Source: an uncultured bacterium (GTDB lineage Bacteria > Armatimonadota > Abditibacteriia > Abditibacteriales > Abditibacteriaceae). Taken from it: DNA of 64,000 nucleotides. The stretch lies in NCBI GenBank assembly GCA_963843795.1, contig CAWJLW010000009.1:1-64000 (forward strand), in the 5' to 3' direction. Positions 38,268 to 49,037 of this stretch are shown piece by piece. The translations under genes were made by a program, and so were the position numbers. How positions within the stretch are numbered: the stretch's first letter is position 1; the number at the start of each line of letters is the position of its first letter. Under the pieces are notes generated by a model. The model did not search any database. It was not told the origin of the DNA and was given only the letters and a program-made list of their open reading frames with translations.

Positions 38268-41200
38268 TTATTCTTTAGTTACCGTTTCATCCAAGTTCAA
38301 CAGCACGCGTGCTAAGGTTGTCCACGCCGCGAGTTGCGGCAATTCCTCGGGCGCTGGTTTTGGGGCGCTTTCGGGAAGCGCGCTTTCGGAGAGCGCGACT
38401 TTGGATGCGTCCAATTCGCCATTCGTGAAGCGCGCCAGCTGCTTCTGGTAGAACGCGGTGAGTTGAGCAAGTTCGCTCGCGTTGGGTTCGCGCGTCACGC
38501 ACAAGCGAAAAGCGAAGCGAATGCGTTCATTTACATCAGGCGATTTTTGGGCCACGATGCGGCGCGCCATCGCTTGCGCGGCTTCGACGAAAACCGTGTT
38601 ATTGAGCGTGGTCAAGGCTTGCAGTGGCGTGTTGGATTTGTTGCGGCGCGGACAACTGGCATCGGCGGTTGGCGCATCGAAAACCGTCAGGCTGGGATAC
38701 GGACTGGTGCGCTTCAAAAACGTATACATTCCGCGCCGATAGCGATTTTCGCCCGTGCTGGTGTTCCATTGCATCGCGCCATAAGATAAATCGGTCACGC
38801 CCGCGGGCTGCGGCGGAAACACGCTCGGCCCGCCAATTTTGGGCGATAACAAACCGCTCGATGCGAGCGCAATGTCGCGCACGATTTCGGCTTCGACACG
38901 AGCGCGCGGGCCGCGCGCCAGCAGAATATTGAACGGATCGCGCTTGAGCAATTCCGGCGTCACCTGCGATGATTGGCGATAGGTGGCGGATGTGACAATC
39001 AGGCGATGCATCGCTTTAGAACTCCAGCCGCGCTGCATCCATTCGGTCGCCAGCCAATCCAACAATTCCGGATGCGAAGGCGCTTCGCCCATCACACCGA
39101 AATCTTGAACGGTATTCACCAGACCGCGCCCGAAAAACGTCGCCCAATCGCGATTCATCACCACGCGCCCGACGAGCGGATTTTCGGTTGAAACCAGCCA
39201 GCGCGCCAGAGCCAAGCGATTCACGGGCGCATCTTTAGGCAACGGGTGCAAAATGGCGGGCACGCCCGGTTCGACGGTCGCACCGAGATTAAGAAATTCA
39301 CCCCTGCGATGAATTTTCGTCTCGCGCGGCACGCTGCGCTCGCTCATTACGAGCGTGGTTCCATAACGCGGCATCGAATCGCGCAAAGCTTCTGTTTTCG
39401 TGTGCTGCGCGCTCAGAAGCGGCGTGGTGTCCAGAAAATATGCTTTTAAGGTGGCATTTTGTGCTGCATCGCGCTGCGCCTTAGGCGTAAGTAAAATGCT
39501 TTCGATGGCAGCAGGCACGCCGGGCGGGCTCCAGGTACTTGCTGCGAGATTGGGCGCGTCCGTGACCGAAATGCGCAAGCGTCCGATGTTTTCCTGCTGA
39601 TGATAATTTTGCAACAGGGAAACCAACAAGCGTGCGCCTTTGGCACCCGTGAGCGGCGTTTTGAAGCGAAAAATAATCGTGTGTGCGCGTCCATCGCCGC
39701 GCGGCATTGTCCAATGGGTATCGTGTTTGCCGTCGATGGCAGCGGACGCATTAGAACCAACATCCGCGCTGGCGCTTTGTAATTCAATGGGAGCTTCGCC
39801 GCTGGCGACAGAAAATTCGCTCAATAAAAAACCGCCTTCGGGATTGCGACCCGGCCCTTGACGGGGCAAAGTCGAATCGGGCAGCACTTCTAAACGCAGG
39901 GCCGTAACACTCGGCAAAGTGTTGGCAAATTCGAGTTTGTATTCGTCACGATAAAAGTTATCGCCGCTGAACAGCAGCGAATTATCTTCCAATTTCGTGA
40001 TGCTCGCGCCGTAATTGCGGGCAAATTGAATCGGTTCCAATGTCGTCCAAGACGCGATCTTCGGAGCCAACTCGCGTTCCCATTGCATCATTTTTGTGCT
40101 GAGAAATTGCGCGCGTTGCGAAGCTTTTCCGGCTTCATCAGTTGGAATGGGCGTTTTTGGCGTATTATCGGGTACGGAGATACGGAATTTGCCCAATGTG
40201 TGCTGCGGGTAATTTTGCGCCAGTGTGACGGTAAAAACTGTGCCACCTGCGAAGCCAATCGTATTTTTAAAATGCAGTATTGCGCTACGATTCTGATTGA
40301 AATTGCCATCGCCCGCAATTGCCCAACCAGTGTTGAGATCGCCGTCGATAGCTTTTTCAATACCAAAATTTTGCTGTGAAAAATCGGCTTCTGCGCCGCT
40401 CAAAACCAACTTTTCCGCTTCGCCGCCGTTGCGCGGTGCAGCGGAAATTTCAATCTCCGATAACACAAAGTTGCCGTTGCCTGCCTCGCCCGCGCGCCCT
40501 GGACCGTTGTGAGGTAAAGCGGCATCGGTGAGAGCTTCCAAACGCAGTGCAGAAACTTTGGTCAAAGAAGTCTCGAAACGCAGCGTATAAGTATCAGTGG
40601 GCGCTGAATTGCCCGCGACTTGAATTGCACTGTCTGCAAGTACTTGCAGCGTGGCACCTGAAGTTGCAGTCGCTTGAATCGGTGCAAGTACTTGCCATTC
40701 GTTTGAAGCTTCTTCCAGCGGAAACTCGCGCTCCAGATTCGTCCGCAGTTGGTCGAGTTGGGTTTGAATGGCGGCGCGTTTGGCGGTGACTTCAGGCGTT
40801 GGAATTTCCAATACGGGTTCGTCGGCGTTGTTGAGCAGCGCCGTAAACGCATAATATTCGCGCTGGCTGAACGCATCGTATTTGTGGTTATGGCAGTTGG
40901 CGCATTGTAATGTGACGCCCAAAAAGGCCGCCGAAGTGGTTTCCACGCGATCAACTAAGGCCTTCTGGCGGAACTCTTCAACGTCGATTCCGCCTTCTTC
41001 GTTGAGCATCGTATTGCGATGAAAGCCAGTCGCGATGCGTTGCGAAAGCGTGGCATTGGGCAGCATATCGCCCGCGATTTGTTCGATAGCGAACTGATCG
41101 AACGGCATATCGCGATTGATGGCGTCGATGACCCAATCGCGATACGGCCAGATGGTGCGCTCGCGGTCTTTTTCGTAGCCGTTGGTATCGGCGTAGCGCG

Positions 41201-42047
41201 CCAAGTCGAGCCAGTGACGTCCCCAGCGCTCGCCGTAATGCGGGCTTTTCAGCAGCCTATCGACGACTTTTTCATAAGCGTCCGCGCTTTTATCGGCCAA
41301 GAACGCGTCGGTTTCAGCGATTGTCGGCGGCAAACCAATTAAATCGAGCGAAACGCGGCGCAGCAAAGTAGCGCGGTCGGCGGGCGGTTGCGGCGTCAAA
41401 CCTTCTTTTTCCAAACGCGCCAGAACGAAATTATCAATCGGATTGACGACCCAACGCGCGTTTTTCACGGGTGGCGACGCGGGATGTACCGGCTTGATAT
41501 AAGACCAATGTTTTTCGATTTCCGGTTCGTCGGCTACCGCTTCGGGCCAGTTCGCACCTTCGTCAATCCAGGCGCGAATCGTGGCGATTTGCGCATCAGA
41601 AAGCGGTGGCTGACCGAGCGGCATCTGCGCTTCCTCGCCTTGCCCCAAAATGCGCTTGACCAGATGACTTTTGGCGCTATCACCGGGCACAATGGCTGCA
41701 CCCGACAAACCACCCTTCATGGCAGGCGCTTTGGAATCCAGACGCAAACCACCGCGCACTTTTCTCTCGCCGTGGCACGCATAACAGTTTGCGGCGAAAA
41801 TTGGCTGTACTTGCGTTGCGTAATCGATGCGTTTGTCAGCACCTCGCGCCGCATTGGCAGAACTTTTCTCGGTTTTTACCGCCACGTAACGAGCGGGCGC
41901 GGCCCAGGCGGGAGAGAAACGATAAATGCTTGCGCTCAATCCAGACACCAAAAGCCCCAGCCAGAGCGCCTGCAAAACCGTCTGGCGCGGCTGTATTCCA
42001 CTAATCCGCGAACGCAGATGCCGAAGGAGATACATAAAATTTCTCAT
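38268..42047 (-). CDS. Planctomycete cytochrome c (PSCyt1) + DUF1549 + DUF1553 protein
   Basis: CYACH and CANCH heme motifs, [30 protein letters not shown]. Two inserted discoidin-like modules. Confidence 0.92.
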   Translation of the reverse strand: MRNFMYLLRHLRSRISGIQPRQTVLQALWLGLLVSGLSASIYRFSPAWAAPARYVAVKTEKSSANAARGADKRIDYATQVQPIFAANCYACHGERKVRGGLRLDSKAPAMKGGLSGAAIVPGDSAKSHLVKRILGQGEEAQMPLGQPPLSDAQIATIRAWIDEGANWPEAVADEPEIEKHWSYIKPVHPASPPVKNARWVVNPIDNFVLARLEKEGLTPQPPADRATLLRRVSLDLIGLPPTIAETDAFLADKSADAYEKVVDRLLKSPHYGERWGRHWLDLARYADTNGYEKDRERTIWPYRDWVIDAINRDMPFDQFAIEQIAGDMLPNATLSQRIATGFHRNTMLNEEGGIDVEEFRQKALVDRVETTSAAFLGVTLQCANCHNHKYDAFSQREYYAFTALLNNADEPVLEIPTPEVTAKRAAIQTQLDQLRTNLEREFPLEEASNEWQVLAPIQATATSGATLQVLADSAIQVAGNSAPTDTYTLRFETSLTKVSALRLEALTDAALPHNGPGRAGEAGNGNFVLSEIEISAAPRNGGEAEKLVLSGAEADFSQQNFGIEKAIDGDLNTGWAIAGDGNFNQNRSAILHFKNTIGFAGGTVFTVTLAQNYPQHTLGKFRISVPDNTPKTPIPTDEAGKASQRAQFLSTKMMQWERELAPKIASWTTLEPIQFARNYGASITKLEDNSLLFSGDNFYRDEYKLEFANTLPSVTALRLEVLPDSTLPRQGPGRNPEGGFLLSEFSVASGEAPIELQSASADVGSNASAAIDGKHDTHWTMPRGDGRAHTIIFRFKTPLTGAKGARLLVSLLQNYHQQENIGRLRISVTDAPNLAASTWSPPGVPAAIESILLTPKAQRDAAQNATLKAYFLDTTPLLSAQHTKTEALRDSMPRYGTTLVMSERSVPRETKIHRRGEFLNLGATVEPGVPAILHPLPKDAPVNRLALARWLVSTENPLVGRVVMNRDWATFFGRGLVNTVQDFGVMGEAPSHPELLDWLATEWMQRGWSSKAMHRLIVTSATYRQSSQVTPELLKRDPFNILLARGPRARVEAEIVRDIALASSGLLSPKIGGPSVFPPQPAGVTDLSYGAMQWNTSTGENRYRRGMYTFLKRTSPYPSLTVFDAPTADASCPRRNKSNTPLQALTTLNNTVFVEAAQAMARRIVAQKSPDVNERIRFAFRLCVTREPNASELAQLTAFYQKQLARFTNGELDASKVALSESALPESAPKPAPEELPQLAAWTTLARVLLNLDETVTKE

Positions 42048-42100
42048 CAAGACCGTAAAATTGTGGCAACGCTATCAATAAAATAAATCCATTATCAACT

Positions 42101-42126
42101 TCGAAAATAGTTTCCGCTATTTTCGA
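42101..42126. promoter_or_regulatory. Inverted repeat TCGAAAATAG-N6-CTATTTTCGA upstream of the PSCyt gene
   Basis: Perfect 10-bp arms. Function is inferred. Confidence 0.35.
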
Positions 42127-42271
42127 CAAGTTGCTTGGACTGCACAAAGGTTCTTTGAACAATTTTTAGCCACAATGGTTGTGAGTGACTGGTTGCAAGT
42201 ACTTGCAGAGTGGGTTGGTTTACTGGGAGCTTGAATGAGGTCAGTTTTATTGGAGAGTTTGAACTGTGAGG

Positions 42272-42739
42272 CTATTGCCCGTTGCTGGCGGAAAAATCGC
42301 GTTGCCAGCCAGCGTCGGCTCGGTCTTGAATTCGGCGAAAACGTGGGGCAGCGGTGTTGAACTCTACACCGGGCGTCGTATTAAAGGGAAATCTGCGTTG
42401 TAGCGAAAGTGCGCGGCTGGGGATCTGGCCAGTCAAAAGCGCGTAGCGGCTGGGTGTGCAAACCGTCGAAGCCACGCGAAACTGGGTGGACAACAGACTT
42501 TCTTTTAATAAATTATCAATGGTAGGTATCAGGACCTTCTTGTTGCCTTCGACCTTGATGCCGCCGCGCGCCCGTTCGCTCATGGATGCAAGCGAGGCGC
42601 CTTCATCCCAATCCAAATCGTCGGTAAAAATGACAACCACATTGGGGCGAGGCTGTGTTTTGGGCTGTAGGTTTTGAGCGAAGCTACCTTGAGCGAGTCC
42701 CAGAAGGAAAAGCACGGGAAGCAAGAAGTGTTTTTTCAT
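42272..42739 (-). pseudogene. Truncated sulfatase (N-terminal fragment)
   Basis: Signal peptide, RPNVVVIFTDD and CTPSRYALLTG (CxPxR). Only 155 aa, with no room for the rest before the next gene. Confidence 0.8.
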
Positions 42740-42965
42740 AATTGACTTGATGAATTTTATGCGTTGTAAGTTTTAGATTCAATTTCTTGTGATCTGCTCC
42801 TTGCTGAAGTACTTCTTAACATCGATTTTCCCTTCTAAAGAGGTTTTGAATCAACAGGCAGTAAACCGAAAGTTCAACCCGCCAAATGAACCAGTTGGCT
42901 GCCATTGGCGCACAAACTTAGCGACATGATTGCGGTGGTTAAAAATGACGCCTGGTTTGGCAACA

Positions 42966-42991
42966 GCGCGGTGAGCAGAAGCTCACCGCGC
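42966..42991. terminator. GC-rich hairpin downstream of the REC-kinase gene
   Basis: GCGCGGTGAGC-AGAA-GCTCACCGCGC. No clear U-tract. Confidence 0.45.
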
Positions 42992-43096
42992 CGTTCTGCC
43001 TTTCAAATTTTTCTTTGTGCCGCTGGCAAAATTAAAACAGGAAAATGCTGGCGCTTTTTTAGAAACAGCACCTAATAAAAACTGTGGCCTTTTGGA

Positions 43097-44281
43097 TTAT
43101 CGAGCATAAATCGGCAAGGTAAACAAGAAGTTACTGCCTTTGCCCAGAACACTTTCCACCCAAATGTGGCCACCGTGTGCTTCCACTACCATTTTGCAAA
43201 AAGTTAAGCCCAACCCAGTAGACATCATCTTAGCTGAAGGCCCGGATTCTACTTGACCAAACTTCTCGAAAACACGCTCAAACGCTTCGGGCGGAATGCC
43301 TGGGCCGGTGTCTTTGACCGCAAAGAGTAAAGTGTTTTCGTCGGAGGCGCGCACTTCAATGGTGATACTGCCGCCTGAGGGCGTGAATTTAATGGCATTG
43401 CCCAGAAGATTAATGATTACACGTTGGATTTTGACATTATCAACAGAAATTGGCGACAAATCGCATTGAATGTCGGTTGTAACACGCAACTTTCTATTAT
43501 CAATTAAATTTTTAACCTGATTTAAACAGTGATCAATCAGAGGGGGAACACTTACGTCGCTGTAGTCCAAAGCAACCTGACCTGCTTCGATTTTGCTGAT
43601 ATCAAGCAAATCGTTAATCATTTCTAACAATGTTTGTCCACTGCGCATGCTTAATGTAAGTACTTCATGCTGAAGAGGATCAAGCTCACCAACGCTATTG
43701 AGAGTCTGCATACCCATTAAAAGAGATGTCAGCGGCGTGCGCAGGTCATGGACAATCATATGCGTCAAATTGTCGCGCAGCTTTTCCAAATTTTTAAGCT
43801 GATCATAGCGATTGCCCAATTCGTCCCACAAGTGCTTTTTTTCCAAACAGGCGCGCACACGTGCTCGCAGCAAAGTCAGCTGAAACGGCTTGGGCAGGTA
43901 ATCTTCGGCCCCCGCTTCAATGCAGCGGACAACGCTTTCGAGTTCATCAACCCCCGAAATCATAATCACCGGTATCTCTCGTAAATGCGGGTCTTGCTTG
44001 ATTTTTTCAAGAACGGTGTAACCATCCATTTCGGGCATGATTACATCGAGAAGCACCAGATCGAACTTTCGGGCCTCAAGTTGTTTCAAAGCATCTTTTC
44101 CGTCCAGTGCTAGCGTGGGATTATGTCCCAATTGACGAATATGAGCTGCCAGAATCATGCGAATAGTAGCTTTGTCATCCACAATGAGAACCTCGCACCC
44201 AGTTGGTTCCATTGCTTGTACGTCGGTGAGATCGGCGTCAAACTCATTCTCATTTGCGGCGCCTTGATTTTCCTCATTCAT
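43097..44281 (-). CDS. Response regulator-histidine kinase (REC-HisKA-HATPase)
   Basis: [38 protein letters not shown] overlap with the upstream gene. Confidence 0.93.
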   Translation of the reverse strand: MNEENQGAANENEFDADLTDVQAMEPTGCEVLIVDDKATIRMILAAHIRQLGHNPTLALDGKDALKQLEARKFDLVLLDVIMPEMDGYTVLEKIKQDPHLREIPVIMISGVDELESVVRCIEAGAEDYLPKPFQLTLLRARVRACLEKKHLWDELGNRYDQLKNLEKLRDNLTHMIVHDLRTPLTSLLMGMQTLNSVGELDPLQHEVLTLSMRSGQTLLEMINDLLDISKIEAGQVALDYSDVSVPPLIDHCLNQVKNLIDNRKLRVTTDIQCDLSPISVDNVKIQRVIINLLGNAIKFTPSGGSITIEVRASDENTLLFAVKDTGPGIPPEAFERVFEKFGQVESGPSAKMMSTGLGLTFCKMVVEAHGGHIWVESVLGKGSNFLFTLPIYAR

Positions 44282-47200
44282 AATTGATTCTTTCGCTCTG
44301 CTAAGGTCGTGCAAAATTGCAGAAAAAGTGATTCTACTTCGGATAGCAGGAATGTTGCGCCATCAAGAGTGCCACTCTTGCCAAGTTTTTCCAATTGGGC
44401 GCAATGAGCTGCTAATCCCCGTCCACCCATATTGCTGGCGATACCTTTTAGACCATGTGCCGCTTCCATCATTTGGTGAGGGTCGGAATTTGATAAAGCC
44501 ATTCGCATTTCTACGATGCAAGTTTCTCCTTCTGCACGAAAAACCTCTGTAAGCTCCGGCAGGCTGTCCTGCAAACTGGTCAGCAACAAAACGTCGATGT
44601 CAGCAGGAACGGGCGGTTTTGCCGTAGAAGAACCACGATTGGGTTTGGAAATTTGGGTGTCAGAAAGCAAACTATCCTGTTGGTAACTATCTGTAGTTTT
44701 TCGATTTCGTGACCGCTCGGAACTACGAATAAGAGCAGCTTGCAACGCTCTGGGATTAACTGGCTTAGAAAGATAATCGTCCATGCCAGCAGCCAGACAG
44801 GTTTCTTGGTCTTCGCGCATGGCATTGGCTGTTAAAGCAATGATGCGAGGACGTCTTTCGGCTGGTATCCGCTTGATAATTTCACGAGAGGCTTCCAAAC
44901 CATCCATTTCGGGCATTTGCACATCCATTAGAATTACATCGTAAGGCTGACGTTCGACAGCGGTTACGGCTTCAATTCCGTTAGCTGCTACATCGGCACG
45001 GTAACCGAATTTTTCCAGCAGGATGAGCAACAGTTTTTGGTTAATAACCAAATCTTCGGCAATCAACACGCGTAGCGGCATGCGTTGGCCCAGTGTCGAG
45101 TCATAGGGCGATGCGGGTTGAACAGGTTGTGCTTCATGTGGTAAAGCCGTGAATACTTCTGCCAAAACATTATAAAGCTGCGATTGCTTGATAGGTTTGG
45201 TCAACATTGTGGCAAATCCAACGTTTTCTGTTTCTGACAAACGCCGTGTAACCGAACTTAGGCCGATTAAGGGCAATTCCTCCGGGCCACGATAGCGGCG
45301 AATTTCTCTGGCCAGGGTAATGCCATCCATTTCTGGCATTTGAATATCCAGAATGGCGATGTCGAAATTTTCACCTTCTTGCAAAAGGCGCAAGGCTTCC
45401 TGACCATTGGCTGTTTCGAGTGATTCCATACCCCAACTGCGAGCTTGCAACTGCAAAATCTGGCGATTGGTAGGATTGTCGTCTACGATGAGAATACGGC
45501 GACCTTCCAAATGTGGCGGGCTTATTTCTATTGAAGTAGAAACGGCCTCCGTGGCTTCCATGGGTATAGCAACGTGAAAGATCGAGCCTTTACCGACTTC
45601 GCTTTCGACCCAGATGCTGCCGCCCATCATTTTGGTCAATCGCTGGCAAATGACCAGTCCCAGCCCAGTGCCACCATAACGCCGTGTTGTGGAAGCGTCT
45701 ACCTGACTAAATGAACGAAACAAGCGATCCATGCGATCTTCGGGAATCCCTATGCCAGTATCGCGCACGTCAAATTGAAGTTCATAATGATTGAGGGTCA
45801 GGGGCTTGCTGGAAAGCGTGAGTACAACTTCTCCACGTTCGGTAAATTTGACAGCGTTGCTGAGGAGATTCACTATAATCTGGCGCAAGCGCGTTTCATC
45901 GCCCAGCACAGCAAGGGGCGTATCCGGCTCGATAACATAAGCGAGTTCGATTTCTTTTTCGGCGGCTCTGGTAGCAAGAAGGTCTAATGATGATTCCACC
46001 ACCTGGCGCAAAGCCACCGGATGGCGTTCCAGTTCCAGTTGATCGGCTTCGATTTTGGAGTAATCTAAAATGTCGTTGATAACGGTTAGCAACGCATCGC
46101 CGCTGTCGCGGATAATCTCGGCATATTCGGTTTGTTCGGCATTCAGTCCTGTATCCAGCAACAGGCCCGTCATACCGATTACGGCGTTCATGGGAGTGCG
46201 GATTTCATGGCTCATCGTGGCCAGAAATTGGCTTTTGGCAATAGTGGCGGCTTCAGCGGCTTCCTTGGCCTCCAATAGCTCGACCTCAGTTTTTTTGCGA
46301 TTGGTAATGTCTACCAACAGGCCATCCCAGAGAATATCACCGTTTTCCTCTTTTTTAGGACGTGAAGCGCCTTCGACCCAGCGATATTCGCCAGATTTAT
46401 GCAAAAAGCGCCCCGACCATTTCCAAGGCTGTAATAAACGTGCGGATTCTTCTATGGATTTATCAAATCCTGGCCGGTCATCGGGATGAACAATATCAAT
46501 TAAAAGCATCGGCTCCGCGACGATAGCCTGTGGTTCCAAGCCGTAAAGTTCCCGCGAAAACTCACTGACAAAAGGAAAAGCAAAGGAGCCGTCGGTACGC
46601 ATCACAAATTGATAAACCATGCCCGGAACGTTGGCGGCGATGCGTTGATACCGCGCTTCACTGGCCTGAAGTTTTTCCTGTATTTCGCGACGTTCGGTAA
46701 TATCGGCAAAAGTAACAACAGCACCGCGCACAATGCCATCTTCAAAAATGGGAAACGAAGAATATTCCACAGGAAAAACACTTCCATCCAAACGCTGAAA
46801 AACTTCGTTGTCAATCCGGCAACCGACGCCGGTTGTAAAAGCGCGCAAAATAGGACAATCTTCCTGCGGATAAGGTGAACCATCGACTCGCAGGAAATGT
46901 GTCAACTCGTGCATATTTTGGCCGATGACATCTTCCGGATTGGTCTGGAGAATGCGCCCTCCGGCCTCATTGAGGAAAGTACAATTGCCCTGCAAATCAA
47001 CGCCATAAATGCCTTCGCCGGTTGACTGCAACAGTAGGCGATTGTAATCGGCGAGATGCTCTTGTTCTTTTTCCTTCAGTATGCGCTGCGTTATATCGTT
47101 TTGAATGCCGACGAAATAAGTAAGTGTGCCCGCACTATCGAAGATCGGAGAGATATGAAGGTCATTCCAAAACGCTGTGCCGTCTTTTTGGTAATTCTTT

Positions 47201-48735
47201 AAGGTGATGTGGCACTCTTGCGACGATTCAACTGCGCTACGCAGCGTGGCAATTGCCTCTTCATCGGTATCGGGGCCTTGAAGAAAACGACAATTCTTGC
47301 CCAGCGATTCGGCTGGCGAGTAACCAGTAATGCGTTCAAATGCTGGATTGACGAAAATGAGAGGGCAATCTTTTTGTCTGGGATCGGACACAACGAAACC
47401 TGTTGAAGTTTGATCAATAATGATCTTGTTCATGCGCAACGTTTCCTCGGTTTGTTTACGTTCGATACCCAGCGCGATGCTATCGGCAATGGAAGCCAAC
47501 GCTTGCAAACTGTCTTCTGACAAAGCTTTGCGGGCAAAAAGGGCGACAACACCCACTACACGATCCTCGACAACCAAAGGATGCCCGGCAAATGCCACAA
47601 CTCCCTCGCGACGCGCCCATTCCTTATCGCTAACGCGCGGATCATCCCAAACAGAATTGGTCAGATGCGCTTGTCTTTCCTGAGCGATAAGGCCAATTTT
47701 TAAGTGCCCGACGGGTATGCGACTATGCAGACCGTTCAGATGGGTGTATTGGCCCGCGCTGGCCTGCAACTCCAAAATTTCTCCCGCACGATCCATCGTC
47801 CAGATTCGTGCAAAGTAAGCATCGAGATGTTTGATAATTGCTTCGCTGCACTGCTGGAGAATCTCGCGCAGGGATGCTTTTTGCGTAAGCGCAACACCGA
47901 TTTCGGCTCCTAAAGCCGCTAGGCGCGTGCGTTGGAGCAATTGTTGGTCGGCATATTTGCGCTCACTTATATCACGCAGGTAGGCATTGAATGCTACATC
48001 CGTTTGGGAATGTGCAGCCGAAATGGAAAGTTCCACAGGAAACTCGCTACCATCGCGCCGCAGCGCTTCGATTTCAATGCGTTGATCTAATACTGGACCA
48101 ATACCGCTGGCGAGATACTTTTTTAAGCCTGCATGATGAGCTTTGCGCAAGCGTTCAGGAATAATCAAGCTGGCTAATTCTTGCCCCAAAACTTCCTGAC
48201 GCTGATAACCGAAAACCCGTTCGGCAGCCTGGTTCCACTCGACAACCTCTCCCTGAGAATCCATGCTGATAATACAATCCAGAGAATTATCCAGCAACGC
48301 AGCTCTTTGCGCACTGCCGGATTGCAACTTTTGATGAATATTTTCGCGCGCCACAGCGCATTGCAATGCGCGTCTTAGAAGGCGCGCGTTCAATTCTTCG
48401 ATAACAAGAAAATCCTGCGCGCCCGCGCTGAGGGCTTCCAAGGCTCGTTTGTCTTCTTCCTCTTGCGCGTCGGTAACCAACACGATGGGAGTAGAAAATT
48501 TTTGGCTACGCAGTGTGTCCAAAATCGCCACATGATCCGCTTCATCAGCACCTATACCCAGCAATATAAGGTCGACACTGCTCATCGCGGCAGATTTTAA
48601 ATCTGATGCGAGAGTAATGGTATGCGGAGTAATGGTATGCGGAGTAATGGTATGCGGAGCCGCAAAGCTTTCGCTTAAGAGCTGCTCGATGCGTGACGTG
48701 TTTTTCAGGCTATGCCGGATAAATAAAATGTGCAT
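44278..48735 (-). CDS. Cytoplasmic multi-sensor hybrid kinase: REC-PAS-GAF-LOV-PAS-PAS-HisKA-HATPase-REC-REC-Hpt
   Basis: GKNCRFLQG (LOV), SHEIRTPMN, two C-terminal receivers, AHGLKG (Hpt). Probable start at MHILF (48735). Confidence 0.92.
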   Translation of the reverse strand: MHILFIRHSLKNTSRIEQLLSESFAAPHTITPHTITPHTITLASDLKSAAMSSVDLILLGIGADEADHVAILDTLRSQKFSTPIVLVTDAQEEEDKRALEALSAGAQDFLVIEELNARLLRRALQCAVARENIHQKLQSGSAQRAALLDNSLDCIISMDSQGEVVEWNQAAERVFGYQRQEVLGQELASLIIPERLRKAHHAGLKKYLASGIGPVLDQRIEIEALRRDGSEFPVELSISAAHSQTDVAFNAYLRDISERKYADQQLLQRTRLAALGAEIGVALTQKASLREILQQCSEAIIKHLDAYFARIWTMDRAGEILELQASAGQYTHLNGLHSRIPVGHLKIGLIAQERQAHLTNSVWDDPRVSDKEWARREGVVAFAGHPLVVEDRVVGVVALFARKALSEDSLQALASIADSIALGIERKQTEETLRMNKIIIDQTSTGFVVSDPRQKDCPLIFVNPAFERITGYSPAESLGKNCRFLQGPDTDEEAIATLRSAVESSQECHITLKNYQKDGTAFWNDLHISPIFDSAGTLTYFVGIQNDITQRILKEKEQEHLADYNRLLLQSTGEGIYGVDLQGNCTFLNEAGGRILQTNPEDVIGQNMHELTHFLRVDGSPYPQEDCPILRAFTTGVGCRIDNEVFQRLDGSVFPVEYSSFPIFEDGIVRGAVVTFADITERREIQEKLQASEARYQRIAANVPGMVYQFVMRTDGSFAFPFVSEFSRELYGLEPQAIVAEPMLLIDIVHPDDRPGFDKSIEESARLLQPWKWSGRFLHKSGEYRWVEGASRPKKEENGDILWDGLLVDITNRKKTEVELLEAKEAAEAATIAKSQFLATMSHEIRTPMNAVIGMTGLLLDTGLNAEQTEYAEIIRDSGDALLTVINDILDYSKIEADQLELERHPVALRQVVESSLDLLATRAAEKEIELAYVIEPDTPLAVLGDETRLRQIIVNLLSNAVKFTERGEVVLTLSSKPLTLNHYELQFDVRDTGIGIPEDRMDRLFRSFSQVDASTTRRYGGTGLGLVICQRLTKMMGGSIWVESEVGKGSIFHVAIPMEATEAVSTSIEISPPHLEGRRILIVDDNPTNRQILQLQARSWGMESLETANGQEALRLLQEGENFDIAILDIQMPEMDGITLAREIRRYRGPEELPLIGLSSVTRRLSETENVGFATMLTKPIKQSQLYNVLAEVFTALPHEAQPVQPASPYDSTLGQRMPLRVLIAEDLVINQKLLLILLEKFGYRADVAANGIEAVTAVERQPYDVILMDVQMPEMDGLEASREIIKRIPAERRPRIIALTANAMREDQETCLAAGMDDYLSKPVNPRALQAALIRSSERSRNRKTTDSYQQDSLLSDTQISKPNRGSSTAKPPVPADIDVLLLTSLQDSLPELTEVFRAEGETCIVEMRMALSNSDPHQMMEAAHGLKGIASNMGGRGLAAHCAQLEKLGKSGTLDGATFLLSEVESLFLQFCTTLAERKNQL
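48612..48656 (-). repeat. 3 x 15-bp in-frame tandem repeat (encodes PHTIT)
   Basis: GAGTAATGGTATGCG x3 on the + strand. Confidence 0.95.
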
Positions 48736-48901
48736 GTAACTCTGGACGATATCAAAGCGAGGCGTGTTAGAAGAAAGGTAGAAAGGCGGGATTTTTGGTG
48801 GTATAAAAGCGCTGTAATTCTTACAGTGTATCACTCGCTCTGATATTACCCGTGTCGCTGCCTCACAAAACTTTAACCGTCGATTTGAGAAGGCAGTGGC
48901 A

Positions 48902-48933
48902 ATAATCTTCTGCAAGTACTTGCAGAAGATTAT
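48902..48933. repeat. 32-bp perfect palindrome centred on GCAAGTACTTGC in a divergent promoter region
   Basis: ATAATCTTCTGCAAGTACTTGCAGAAGATTAT. Confidence 0.95.
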
Positions 48934-49037
48934 AATAGCTTCAAGCGCGTAACTTCACACAGGCACAAAACAAACCGATATCATACTCGGTGACGTGGCT
49001 ACATTCTAATTTGATATTGTGAAGACGCGCTCTTTTA

